In this document: piece by piece, positions 42,231 to 53,291 of the stretch | Layout of the letters: every line of letters begins with the position of its first letter | How positions within the stretch are numbered: position 1 is the first letter of the stretch | Source of the DNA: Naegleria gruberi | Taxonomy: Eukaryota | DNA length: 64,000 nt | Assembly (NCBI GenBank): GCA_000004985.1 | Contig: GG738846.1 | Direction: 5' to 3' (one strand) | The notes under the pieces: generated by a model | The model's input: the letters and a program-made list of their open reading frames with translations, nothing else | Databases searched by the model: none | What the model was told of the DNA's origin: nothing | Program-made: the position numbers and the translations under genes

Positions 42231-43529
42231 ATGTTTAACAAGTAGGTAGGAAATATTTTCTCTCTCTTTTTATTGAATTCTAAATAATGGAATTGTTATT
42301 GTGATGCCTATCGGAATTAATTGATATAATCCTGGACTAAATATTTATATATATTTTGATTGAATTTACTATTAATATTATCATCATCATATGATATTAG
42401 AATTTTGGGAGGATTAAGTAAAACAAGTATATTTTCAAAAATTGGATCAATTCTAGGAGGTGGAGCAACATCAAGGAAGATATTTAATGAGGAGGATTTT
42501 AAATTGTTGGAAAAGGCTCTTCTCTCGAGTGATGTCGGAAATAATACTACACAATTACTTCTAACAAGGATGAAGACACAAGTATCTGAAATTGAAAAGC
42601 AAATTGAAAATAATCCCACTGCAGAGGAAAATGTCAAACCCATGAAGAATATTCTACGTGAGGAAATGCTGAAATTATTCCAATATCCAATGCAACAACA
42701 AATTGTAAAGAGATTGCAACAAAATCAAGGAACACCTGAGGGTGGAGTTTCCATTCCTTTGATTCCATTAAATCCAAAATCAAGACCAACTGTTGTACAA
42801 ATTTGTGGAGTGAATGGATCTGGAAAGACAACAACTATTGGAAAATTATTACACAAGTATAGAGAATCAGGAACTGTTAGAAATATTGTTGTTGCAGCTG
42901 CAGATACAGTCCGAGCAGCAGCTCCAGATCAATTGAGAACTTGGGTTGAACGTACAAGTGGATGTACTCTCGTCGATTTGACAGAATCTGAAAAATTGAA
43001 AAAACAACACACTACAACTCCTCAACAAGTCAAAGTTAAGAATATTAGACAAGTGAGTTATAAGGTTCCTGCTGAAAGTGTAGTTTATGAAGCCATTCAA
43101 CAAGCTTTGAGAAAGGAAGATGTTGACCTTGTTTTTGTTGACACTGCAGGAAGATTGCAAAATCAAGAAGCTTCAATGAAAGAATTGAGTTTAATTACTG
43201 AAATGTGTTCCAAGTCGAGAAAGGGAGCACCTGATCATACATGGCTCATTCTCGATGGTACAATAGGTCAAAATTCTATACAACAAGCCAAACTATTCCA
43301 AAAGTATGTGAGAATTTCAGGAATTATTGTCACTAAATTGGATGGAAGTGCCAAAGGAGGTGTCATTCTTGCAATTGCCAATGAATTGAAAATCCCAGTT
43401 CTCTACATTGGTTTGGGAGAAAGTGTCAGTGATTTGAAACCTTTTTATCCTGAACAATTTGTTGATTCCATCTTGTCAGTAGCCTCAGCAGAGGAAAAAC
43501 AAACAAAATCAGAAGAGGATGATGAATAA
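42231..43529 (+). CDS. ftsY: bacterial-type FtsY (SRP receptor NG domain) homolog, probable organellar (mitochondrial) relic; 2 exons (42231..42241, 42401..43529)
   Basis: The NG-domain GTPase motifs are FtsY-like, not SR-alpha-like: GVNGSGKTTTIGKL, DTAGRLQN, and IIVTKLDGSAKGGVILAIANELKIPVLYIGLGESVSDLKPF. The track ORF has no in-frame ATG until codon 72. An 11-nt first exon ATGTTTAACAA plus a 159-nt intron (GTAGGT…ATATTAG, 42242..42400) gives MFNKILGGLSKTSIF…, which matches the start of the bacterial FtsY N-domain. TAA at 43527-43529. Confidence 0.6.
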
Positions 43530-43600
43530 ATCAATTTAAAATAATAACTATTCGAAATGCATGGCGAATTTAAATGTTTTTTTATGTTTTTTGAAAAAAA

Positions 43601-46229
43601 ATGAAAGAACATGATATTGAACAATTTATTGAATGGTCCCACAACATTGGAGCCTTCAAACATGAAAATATTGACTTGAAATTCATCTCCTCCGAGTGTG
43701 GTATCGGAGGTATTCTAACATCAGACATTCAAGCCTCTGAAGATGATCAAGTGGATTTATTATCTGTTCCTTTGGAAAATTGTTTAAATGTTAGGAATAT
43801 GAATAGGGAATTTAGAGATTTAATATCGGAATTGAAATTAATTGCTGATGGAAATAATGATAAGAATGAAGAACTTGCTTCTCAGTGGAAGGGAACAAAC
43901 ATGTTTGAAAATGGATTAATTGTTTTCTACATGTTTTTAATTTATGAGTTACATGTTGAGAAGGAGAAGAGTACACACTTTCCATATTTGAATTTATTAC
44001 CAAGGGAATTTACTACAGCTCTTTATTTTGATGAAGATGAAATGGCTGCATTGAGATCTACCAATTTGTACAAATCTGTGCAGAGTATTAGACAAAATTT
44101 GAAGCAAATTTACGAAACGAAAGTGGAATATTTAATGAACAAGTATCCACAAAAGTTTGATAGACAAGTGTTTAGTTATGAGAATTTCATGTGGGCTTTT
44201 TCTGCTGTTTGGTCAAGAGTTTTTCCAATTGAATATCCTGCAGAGAATGGAGAAGGTGTGGAAATTGTTCCAACATTATTGCCAACAGTTGACATTTTGA
44301 ATCACAAATTTAATGCCAAGATTACATATTTCACAGGATCTGACAGAAGATTCTACTTGAAAACAAGAGAATCTCTCAAAAGCGGAGACTATGTCTGCAA
44401 CAATTATGGAGCAAAGAGTAATGATTCATTCTTATTGAGTTATGGATTTGTCATTCCAAATAATTCTGAAGACACTCTCTATGTTCAATTTGGTATTTCT
44501 GATGATGGCAATGAAGAATTGGTTCAATTCAAGAAAAAGTATTTGGAAGACAATTCTCTCAAGTAAGTTTTATAACATCTTTATCTTGATAATATTCCAA
44601 TAGTCTTGGATTTTATCTCAAAAAACAACAACTGCCAGAAGACATGCTAGATTCCATTCGTATCTGTATGATGACCGAAGATGATTTTTATCTTGCCAAA
44701 CAATCAACAATCTCTCAACACAGAGAACAATCTAAGGATTCTGTCTACAGATTCAGTGTAAAGAATGAATTCAAAATGCTTCACACACTGAGGTCATTGT
44801 TCATATCAAAGAGACGTCTCTTCCCAACCACTATTGAAGAAGATGAAGAAGAGTTGAGTGAAGAAACCAACTTTAACATGCAAAATATTCTCATTTACAT
44901 AATTGGACAAAAGAAGATTATTGAAAATGCCTTGAAATGCATTGATGAAAAACTCTCTACTTTGCTTGGAACCTATACCAAACTTGTGGACAATAATAAT
45001 CATCAGGAAAATATTCTCCAAACCATGAAGAATATCTTTATTGAAAATAGTGGAAAATTATCTGTGGAAATGAGACCAGAATTGAATTCTTTCCATGCCA
45101 TTTCCAAAGAATCCATCTCAAAAGGTGAAATAGTAATGATTGTCAAATCAGAGGAATTAATAGATGTGGATAATGCTCTTGATTCCCCGTTTGGAGAATT
45201 CTACACTGAGGCAAGAGAGGAGGATCTCAGTGCCAATCTCGATGATGAAATGGCTGTCATGTTTTACATTATGTTTGAAATGTTCTCCTCTCCAAATTCA
45301 CCTCTCAAGTCCAATAATCACAAAAAGTTTTTCAATCTCCTTCTCAAGCATTACAATTTCCAAGAAACTCCATTCCTCTCCGAAAAACTTCAAGATGAGC
45401 TGAGTGGAACCAATACCCTTGATTTGATTCAGAGAACAAGAGATGGACTTTCTGAAGTTTTCGAGGAGATTAAGAGTGCCCTCATACAGTCTGGTGTAAG
45501 TTTTCATTCTCTAATTTTTTACTGAAATTTATATTTTCACAGTTGCAAGATGAGGAAAATGTAATGACCTTTGAAAACTTTCTAGTTGCCTATTCAGTAT
45601 TTGATTTGTTCGCTGTTGGATCAGAGACTGTATTACCAATACCAGCAATTTCACAATTAGGCAGCTTTTTGGTTGAGTTTGATGATGGAAATCTTGTGGT
45701 TAAAAGTTTGATTGACATTCCTAAAGATAAGATTATTACCTTCTCTGCCCTTTCACTCACAAAACCAATCGAAGACTTACTCATGTACAACATTTATCCA
45801 ATTGATTATGAATTGGCCTTGCCTAATGTAAAACATGCCATTGGTATTGATTTGGAATCTTTAGAATCTCTCATTACACAACAAAAGCTTGACATTTTGA
45901 ATTTTTTGAACAATTTATCCTTCACTCACTATTTGACAAGAGGTAGAAAGTGTAGCCTTCTTCCAATCCAATTAGGAGTTTTATTTACTACAGATGAGAT
46001 TGCACTTTCAAACCTTCTCAATCAAAAAAAGATTGAAATTAACATGTTTGATTCGTCAGTCATGGAGAATGTGAATCACGTCATTAGTGCAATGGTTGAA
46101 AACTTTGCAAGTGCCTTCTCAGAGAATGAGGAAGCAGTAGAAGAAATCAGAACACTGTCAAGTATAGAACAGAATGCAAAACTCTTCTTTCCTCACTTCT
46201 TTCAGAATAAAAACCTTCAATTTTATTAA
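43601..46229 (+). CDS. SET-domain protein-lysine methyltransferase (SETD3/Rubisco-LSMT-like), 3 exons (43601..44562, 44604..45495, 45543..46229)
   Basis: ATG at 43601. SET motifs …LPTVDILNHKFNAKITYF… and GDYVCNNYGAKSNDSFLLSYGFV. Intron 1 is 44563..44603 (41 nt, GTAAGT…CCAATAG, phase 2). Intron 2 is 45496..45542 (47 nt, GTAAGT…TTTTCACAG, phase 0). Both join three track ORFs in frame. TAA at 46227-46229. Confidence 0.6.
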
Positions 46230-48708
46230 ATTCTAATAAGGACAATCCATTCTTTTCATTATTATTGGAAGTGCTTAAATTTTGTAAAACGCACTTGACA
46301 TGCTTCATGGTTGGTCTTTCAGCCCAGTCCTTTTTCAATAAATTCAAAACCAAATCAATAGCAATTGGATTGACTTCCTTCTCCACAAGCTCAGCCCTAA
46401 TGTTATTATAGGCCAATTCATAATTTTTCAAAATTGCATCAGACATGAAATAGGAAGTACTTTCCAATCGAACCTTTGTACGGAATGTCAATAGATTGTA
46501 CAATAAAACTCCAAAAGAAAAACTATCTGTAGCCCTCAAATTCTCTCTAGACATTTCGGCTTTTGATTTCAATTCAGGAGAAATTGTTGGTAATGAACCC
46601 AAATAGAGAGCATGTCTTCTCATTTGAAAGTCTGGACTGTCTCTTGTAATCTTGATTACATCTTGTCTTGTCGATTGCAAGTAACCAAAATCTGCAATCT
46701 TGACACATTTAGAAATGCAAGACGGATCTAAGAGAACATTTTCCACCTTAATATCTCTGTGAACCAAATCTAACTGGTGCAAGTAATTAATTGCATCTGC
46801 AATTTGATAGGCAATCTTGAAAGTATCTGGGAGTGATTCATCACCCTCAACTTCTTCATGATAAAAGATCAAACTAGTCAGTGTATCATAAAAAGGCATA
46901 ACTATATGACAATAGGTTTCTTTGTCTGTCTCACTATTACAAAAACCATCAAGGTATGGAGTGAGATGTTTGTGGGAGAGCGATTTGATTTGGGAAGTGT
47001 GTTGGAAGAACTCGTCAAGCTCTGCATTGGTAATTTTCATGTGTTTGATTGCTACAGTTCGATTATCAGTTTTGGATATGTACTTGTGCAGAATACCTTC
47101 TGCTCCACGCCCAATCTCCTCTACGAGTGTGAAATGTTCTAGAATTTTTTGATTAGTCTCGATATAGGTTTCCTCAATAATTGGAGTTGTATTGGTTGTA
47201 GGTTTCTTCTTTTTTCCAATTTTAATGGTGTTAAATTTGAGTTTACCACCATCTTCCAACTCTATATTATTAATACTATTTACAGTACCAACTCGGTGTA
47301 GAATGGTATAATCTTTACAAGTAAAGATATTTCTAATTGAAGTGTTGCTGAGCTTGAGTGATTCCACAATGTGTGGAGAAATTGGTTGTGGAAAGTTTGT
47401 AGAGATATTACTTCGCCACAGCTGATGGTTATTATTACTGCCCCAAGAATAGATCAATCCACTGATTGTCCTAACCACAGTATGACTATCCCCTGTATCT
47501 ATGGAATGAATCTTCTCCTCTCCAAATAGCTTTTTTTGAAGCTGTACAGGTTCGAATAATTGCTTGTTAATGGAAGGGCTGAAACCTAATTGACCCATGT
47601 GATTTCCTCCAAAAGCATAGAGTTCATTATTGAGGGTAAGAACTATAGAGAAATTGGAGCCTGCGGAAATCTTGCTAATTTGTGATTGAATTCCTTTCAC
47701 TCTATTCAATTGTAAAATGAATTCCTCATGTTTTCCAACTCCTGTTTGGCCAAATGAGTTATGGCCAAACGAATACAATAGTCCTTCAGTAGAGACTGCC
47801 AAAAAATGACCATATCCAACACTAACAGATCTAATAGTAACACTTCCATAATCTCTCTCTGCCTTTTTAATATCTAAACTACCTTCCAAAATTTGAGTTT
47901 CAAAATTTTCAGTGAATGTGTAATAAATCTGACCATCAATAGTCAACCACACTGCTAAACCTCCTTTGTATTGGAAATCTGCTACATTTTCTTTCAATAT
48001 ACTAGCCACATTAGAATTAATTAAATCTTGAATATCTATGGCCTTTCCATCGTTCCACACGTAGAATTCTCCCAATAATTTATCTACAATAAACAATATT
48101 CTTAATTGTGAATTTGTTTCTCTATTTACATTTGAAATGACTTGTTCATTTTCCTCGAATCTATTTGCACGATATGGTGCAGATCGTACAATGTATCTAT
48201 TTAATGAAGTGGAATCTGTCGAAATATCCTCCTCTTCGTCCAATTCTAAAAGTTTTAGCTTTTTCTTCAATTCTGTCCTAATACTTTCTTCCTCATTCAT
48301 GGTCCAAACCATAAAGTCTTCATAAATTTCAAAATCTGAATTCTTTAACAATAGTAATTGATTTGTCTTGCTTCTGACCATTAACAAGTCATCATCGGAT
48401 TGACCTTGAAAACATGATATTTCAAGGTCTTGTGTAAGAAAACTATCTGGTAATGTATTGTCCTCCAATACGAGGATTGAATTGTTTCCACGCCCTGTTA
48501 TCATCAAGGAAGGCCTTTTTACATTATCGTCATCATTAGTACTAGTTGAGAAAGAATGCTGATGAACATTTGATTTGGCCATCGAATAGAAAACCTCTTC
48601 ATGTTGATTACCATGTATCACTAGTACAAATAATTTGAATATCAGCAATATGAGGAGGCAAGCCTTCAATAATATTATCAATGTTGGTGATGAGGTGAAT
48701 GCTTTCAT
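46147..48708 (-). CDS. transmembrane RCC1-repeat protein kinase
   Basis: The first ATG is at 48708..48706; the track start is TTG. Signal/TM MKAFTSSPTLIILLKACLLILLIFKLFVLVI. RCC1-like repeats (GYGHFLAVSTEGLLYSFGHNSFGQTG…; YAFGGNHMGQLG…; YSWGSNNNHQLW). Kinase motifs IGRGAEGILHKY, VAIKHM, HRDIKVENVLLD, IADFG. The 3' end overlaps the convergent SET gene by 83 nt. Confidence 0.55.
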   Translation of the reverse strand: MKAFTSSPTLIILLKACLLILLIFKLFVLVIHGNQHEEVFYSMAKSNVHQHSFSTSTNDDDNVKRPSLMITGRGNNSILVLEDNTLPDSFLTQDLEISCFQGQSDDDLLMVRSKTNQLLLLKNSDFEIYEDFMVWTMNEEESIRTELKKKLKLLELDEEEDISTDSTSLNRYIVRSAPYRANRFEENEQVISNVNRETNSQLRILFIVDKLLGEFYVWNDGKAIDIQDLINSNVASILKENVADFQYKGGLAVWLTIDGQIYYTFTENFETQILEGSLDIKKAERDYGSVTIRSVSVGYGHFLAVSTEGLLYSFGHNSFGQTGVGKHEEFILQLNRVKGIQSQISKISAGSNFSIVLTLNNELYAFGGNHMGQLGFSPSINKQLFEPVQLQKKLFGEEKIHSIDTGDSHTVVRTISGLIYSWGSNNNHQLWRSNISTNFPQPISPHIVESLKLSNTSIRNIFTCKDYTILHRVGTVNSINNIELEDGGKLKFNTIKIGKKKKPTTNTTPIIEETYIETNQKILEHFTLVEEIGRGAEGILHKYISKTDNRTVAIKHMKITNAELDEFFQHTSQIKSLSHKHLTPYLDGFCNSETDKETYCHIVMPFYDTLTSLIFYHEEVEGDESLPDTFKIAYQIADAINYLHQLDLVHRDIKVENVLLDPSCISKCVKIADFGYLQSTRQDVIKITRDSPDFQMRRHALYLGSLPTISPELKSKAEMSRENLRATDSFSFGVLLYNLLTFRTKVRLESTSYFMSDAILKNYELAYNNIRAELVEKEVNPIAIDLVLNLLKKDWAERPTMKHVKCVLQNLSTSNNNEKNGLSLLEFNKIEGFYSERSEERRVLHSVLYLTVF

Positions 48709-49436
48709 TCTCCAATTAATCAAAATATTTTCTTTCAAAAAACTTATTAAAAACTTTTCCGTAAGACTTTAAACACACGTAAATCGTTGGTGTTAATATT
48801 ATATTATTGTGTATACTCTTGTGAATTTGTTGCTGATGATGATGATGGTGATGGTGGGTACTACTCTCCTAAATTCAATCACAACTTATTCTTGTTGTGA
48901 ATTAATCATACTTGGTATTTTTTTCTGTTATTTTTTTAATGCATTCTTTTGGTGGTGAATTTGATATTTAATTTTGGAGGGAGATTTGTGAGTGTTTTGG
49001 GTGATTTGAATGATCTTGATCCCCAAAAGTTGAAATGCATTTGGTAAGGTGTCGAGGAATGTGTATGAAAAAGTAGGACGGATGACAATTGAATGAAATA
49101 TTTGAATGTTGTTTCTTTAAGCATTTTCTTGTTTTGATTTGTGACAGTAGTAAACTCAAAATTAATTGATTGATGGTATATTTCCAATTAAAGAGTATTT
49201 TCATTTATTGTATATTAGATAATACCAGTAATCCTAATTGGTTTTTCCTTTCTTAAGGCTGCCACAAGGAAGAAGAAACTTGCAAATAACAAGTGGAATC
49301 CAGCAACTGCTGTTTGAACACAAAAGAATGAATAAACACAACCACTTTGTTAAATCATTCCATAATCATATTTGTAAGTATTTTGCATAAATAGTTTAAT
49401 AATTTCTCTATTAATTGAAATGGATGAATTAACAAC

Positions 49437-49925
49437 TTACAAGAAACAAAAAACGCATTGAGTTTCATTTCTATACAAGATACTCAAGAATGTACAAACA
49501 TGTTCTGGCCATTGTTTTGGATTCAAGATATCCTCAACAGTGACCTTATCTTGCTTATTAAATTCACTGAAAAAACACCAAACATAAAGAATAAAAGATA
49601 ATAATATACAATAACCACCAGGAATATAGGAGGCCCAAATTGGATCCGATGGTGTCATGACTACAGAAGTAAATCCACAAATAAATAATGTATAGATGGA
49701 TCCGATTTGTAAATTTCTAGCCAGAGGAGCAAACTCTAATTTTGATGTTACTGGATTTTCCTTCTTCGGTGCCTTATATTTTGTTTTAACGAGTGTATCG
49801 TTTTGAGTCTCCCTTACTACTTCATCAGGAACAGACTCGATCAAGGTTTGATTTAATTTTTCTGAAAATCCCTTATAGGATTCCTTTTGTGCTTCATCTT
49901 CAGTGTAATAGATTGGTTGGGACAT
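49437..49925 (-). CDS. small membrane protein (2 TM), function unknown
   Basis: ATG at 49925..49923 (MSQPIYYTEDE…). There is a GTAAGT directly at the annotated stop (…TTCTT|GTAAGT), so a further 3' exon is possible. Confidence 0.35.
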   Translation of the reverse strand: MSQPIYYTEDEAQKESYKGFSEKLNQTLIESVPDEVVRETQNDTLVKTKYKAPKKENPVTSKLEFAPLARNLQIGSIYTLFICGFTSVVMTPSDPIWASYIPGGYCILLSFILYVWCFFSEFNKQDKVTVEDILNPKQWPEHVCTFLSILYRNETQCVFCFL

Positions 49926-50776
49926 TGGGTTTTTTTTATTGTTGTGGAAGATTGTACAATGAATGGACCAACAGTTTTTCATCATATTATCAACGAAATG
50001 CTCCTTCTCTCAAAAACAGCGCCCCAATATCGATAAGCATGCCTTGCTTATTAAGAGGACTCATGTTTCGATTTGGAAAATTAATATTTTCCGAGAGGTG
50101 ATCTTTGGAGAAATATAAAAGTGAGACTATTATTGATTTGACTCCAAATAATATTTGATTAGAAACATTTTATAACTGGAATGATACCCTTAAATCCAAT
50201 TCAAATTGCAGGTTTAAATATCAGTAAAACTTCTAATTAAAATTTACATATATTAATCATCGAAACTCTTCAATTTTGATTTAATTCCAATGTTGCAATC
50301 AAAAGAATAAAGTGAATCAGCTAGAGTCTTTCTCAAAGGCATTAACACGGTTTTAAAATCAATTAATCAGAATGGATCTCTAACTTTTGTAGATCATATC
50401 AAACAATTGAAAATTCTTATCATTTCAATGGTCCATCTTGACAATGAGTTTTCAGAAATAAAACTGCTTGAAACATAACAAGGTGTTTACTATAGATATA
50501 CCATTTCTTACAAGTAATGAATTGACTAAAATCTGACAAACGTATAATCAAACTCATATAAAAGAGAGATTATTCTGCCCTAGATGGAAATCAAGAAATG
50601 GTACTTGGAAATGTTTATTTGGATTGAAATAACCCAAAGTATGACACGATATAATAATCATCATTATTACTAAACATTGGAATTTAAGGTTATTAATAAA
50701 TGAAGAAAATTAAGCCTTAAATTTGTAATATTTTGGCGGGAAAGTTTTTACAGAAATTTATTTTTAATTTAAAAAA

Positions 50777-50989
50777 ATGTCACAAATCTATCACATGTTA
50801 ATTCATCAAGAACACCAAATTAATTCTTTAAAATGTGATTTAATCTTCAAAATCCTCCCAGTCTTCAAAATTGATCGGCGATTTAATAAGGCTTGCAAAC
50901 TTGTCAATAATTTCAAAATAAGCCTTTTTCAAGTCAAAGTCAGAAGAATTAACATTTCTTTCTTTTCACAAAAGACACACAATTCATAA
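50777..50989 (+). CDS. short ORF of conserved-N-terminus family, subfamily D (MSQIYHMLIHQEHQINSLKCDL…)
   Basis: ATG at 50777. The 5' ~60 nt is homologous to the 24203/3009/60237 copies. The ORF runs into the left TIR of the adjacent element. Confidence 0.25.
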   Translation: MSQIYHMLIHQEHQINSLKCDLIFKILPVFKIDRRFNKACKLVNNFKISLFQVKVRRINISFFSQKTHNS

Positions 50990-52539
50990 TTATCGCTTAG
51001 ACAAACAAAGGTGTTACATGAATCACACTTGCATCAGTTGGATTCATTATTGACTTTGGTATCAAGCCTCTTATACCAAGCCATTCTCGTAACACCAGAT
51101 AACCCTGTTGCTTTTTGAATAACCTTGCATAACTTAATGGTGTAATCTAAGGTTCTTTCTTTGGCGGTTCTGAAAAGCAATTTCAAATCAAAATTTTCAT
51201 CCTTAGGATCTAGAATTTGATTTGAATTAATTATTTCTAATAATTCCTTGGTGGAATAGAGTTTCATTTTTTTAAAAGTACTTTACTATTGAAACGTTCC
51301 ATTATTATTCATATTCTTCTCAATTATTTAATATTAATCTAACAGTTTATTATTATTATTATTAATAAATTGTTAAATGTCTACTAATGATATTGAATTG
51401 GAATGGTTTGATTCATCCTTAGATGAAAATCTAAAATTCAACCAACAAATAAACCAGAAAATGTTTAATGGAAAAAGGTATTGCTTAGTAATGATAATTG
51501 GATCATTTCAACAAGATTTAAGAACTACCAATTGAATCAAATTGAAAAATCACATTATTATCGGAATTTCTCAATCCAGTTAAAAGACAGAGAATTGGTC
51601 TCCTATCAGAACAAGTATCTGCTTGTATCCTTGTTTATTTGTACCATGAAAGAAACGTAGTATTTATTATTGCTGAGAGTTCTGGTTCTGTCTCTCTTTG
51701 TCTTACAATTATGGATGAACTCTATTCTGTTGTGAGTAATAATAATAACAAGGATTAAAGAATATTAGTAAAATGAGGAAATGTATCAACAAGGATTTAT
51801 GGAGAAACTTCTCCATAGCCTTTTTTTAATCCCCTTTAAAATGGCTGGATGTAGAATTAGCCTCACCGATTATCTTTCCCAGTTCAGAAATGATTTCAGT
51901 TCATATTCTTGTCCTTCCAAATACCAAAACACTTACCATTGACAGAAATTCCTCAAGGATAATCAATTGACAATCCGATTTGTATTCACCCATGTAGGAA
52001 TTGTTTGGTTGAGAGAGGAATTTTGGTTTTCCACCTCTCTCCTTAGTAGTTGATAGATTTTGAATGGTATGATTCGAATTGAGTTGCTGGAGAGATGTTG
52101 TTGGCAAAAGTATAATAAGGTGCTACCACTGTGACACAAAACACACTTTTACAAAATAGAAAATTTTATTAGAATGCAAGTTGGTGGAATTTATGAAACT
52201 ATTTTTATTTCTATACGAAAGACTTATTTAGAAAGTCTGATTTCGAATATTTTTCTTAAAGAGAGGATTCACATTGTTCAATGGAATAGAAGAACGATTG
52301 GATAGTGAATTGAGGGAATTATCTCATAAGAAAACTGGGAAATTTAGGCTCATTTTGTCCATAAATCCATATCCCAGATACAATTCCTCATCATTTTACT
52401 ATTAATAATAAATTATAGTCTCTTATATCATAACGACCTTAGAGACTAGCTCAACAATGAATCCAACCGATGCAAGTGTGATTCGTGTAACACCTTTGTT
52501 TGTCTAAGCGAAAATTATGAATGGTGTGTCTTTTGTGAA
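50965..52539. mobile_element. TIR-flanked DNA-transposon-like element (~1.58 kb), probably non-autonomous/degenerate
   Basis: The 89-bp terminal inverted repeats at 50965-51053 and 52451-52539 are ~93% identical (TTCACAAAAGACACACAATTCATAATTATCGCTTAGACAAACAAAGGTGTTACATGAATCACACTTGCATCAGTTGGATTCATTATTGA). The interior holds only short ORFs (51034-51267(-), 77 aa, with a helix-turn-helix-like GLSGVTRMAWYKRL; 51901-52107(-)). No clean target-site duplication is visible. Confidence 0.55.
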
Positions 52540-52572
52540 TTAATTAAGTGTGCTTCAGAACCACTTCCAAAT

Positions 52573-53280
52573 ATGGTCATGTGGCAACCAAAAAAGGGAG
52601 ATTGTGTTGTTGGATTTTTAGAGAACGATGAGTTGACCTCACCATTACAATTATCTAACATTCCATTATTTAATCCCAATTCCATCAAGAAAAAGAAGGA
52701 CATTGTTGAATTTGAAAGAAACGACAATTCAAACCTTTTATTAAGAATTAGAAATTTATTTTTAGAAGAGAGTACAGAAAGGGTAAATAATTTATATGAA
52801 AAAAAGAGCAAGAAATTAACAAACGAAAGTGTTAAAAGAAAGAAGTATTCTAATTCTTCTGATCTGGACTTGGAGAAGGATTTTGAAATTATTGACAAGT
52901 TTGAAAGTCTTTTTAAATCGCCAATCAATTTTGAAGAGTGGAAGGAGAAGAATGTGATTGAGAATTTTTATCCTTCATCTTTGCAAGAGGAAAAGCAAGT
53001 TGATAATTTAGCAAGAAACAACAAATATATAGACAGTCTTCCGACCAATAATCATTGTAATTTGTTTTACCCAACCACGACCACTGCAAAACAAGAAAAG
53101 TTCCAATTGGTTGCTGAATATTTTGAAAAGGAGTATGGCTTGAAGGTTTTATCTGATTTTCCAAAGAGCTTTTCATGCATTTATGGTTTTCTTTATATTT
53201 TCAGAAAGGATAATGGTAGAATTGAATCAAAAATTCAAATTGGGGAAAGACAGAACAAAGACTTGCCATCAAAGCCCTAA
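52573..53280 (+). CDS. hypothetical protein (235 aa)
   Basis: ATG at 52573 and TAA at 53278-53280. No recognisable domain. It may belong to the same gene as the following ORFs. Confidence 0.3.
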   Translation: MVMWQPKKGDCVVGFLENDELTSPLQLSNIPLFNPNSIKKKKDIVEFERNDNSNLLLRIRNLFLEESTERVNNLYEKKSKKLTNESVKRKKYSNSSDLDLEKDFEIIDKFESLFKSPINFEEWKEKNVIENFYPSSLQEEKQVDNLARNNKYIDSLPTNNHCNLFYPTTTTAKQEKFQLVAEYFEKEYGLKVLSDFPKSFSCIYGFLYIFRKDNGRIESKIQIGERQNKDLPSKP

Positions 53281-53291
53281 GAAGATGTGAA

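Noticed and set aside
42231-43529. FtsY gene as bacterial contamination or plastid (cpFtsY) indicator
   Set aside because: It has a 159-nt spliceosomal intron and eukaryotic neighbours on the same contig. No other plastid-related gene is in the window, so a plastid cannot be excluded, but a mitochondrial relic is more parsimonious.
51034-51267. Tc1/mariner transposase N-terminal HTH
   Set aside because: The ORF would be at the C-terminal end of any inward-reading transposase and ends inside the TIR. The similarity is limited to a generic GLSGVTRMAWYKRL helix-turn-helix-like stretch. It is kept only as a degenerate internal ORF.
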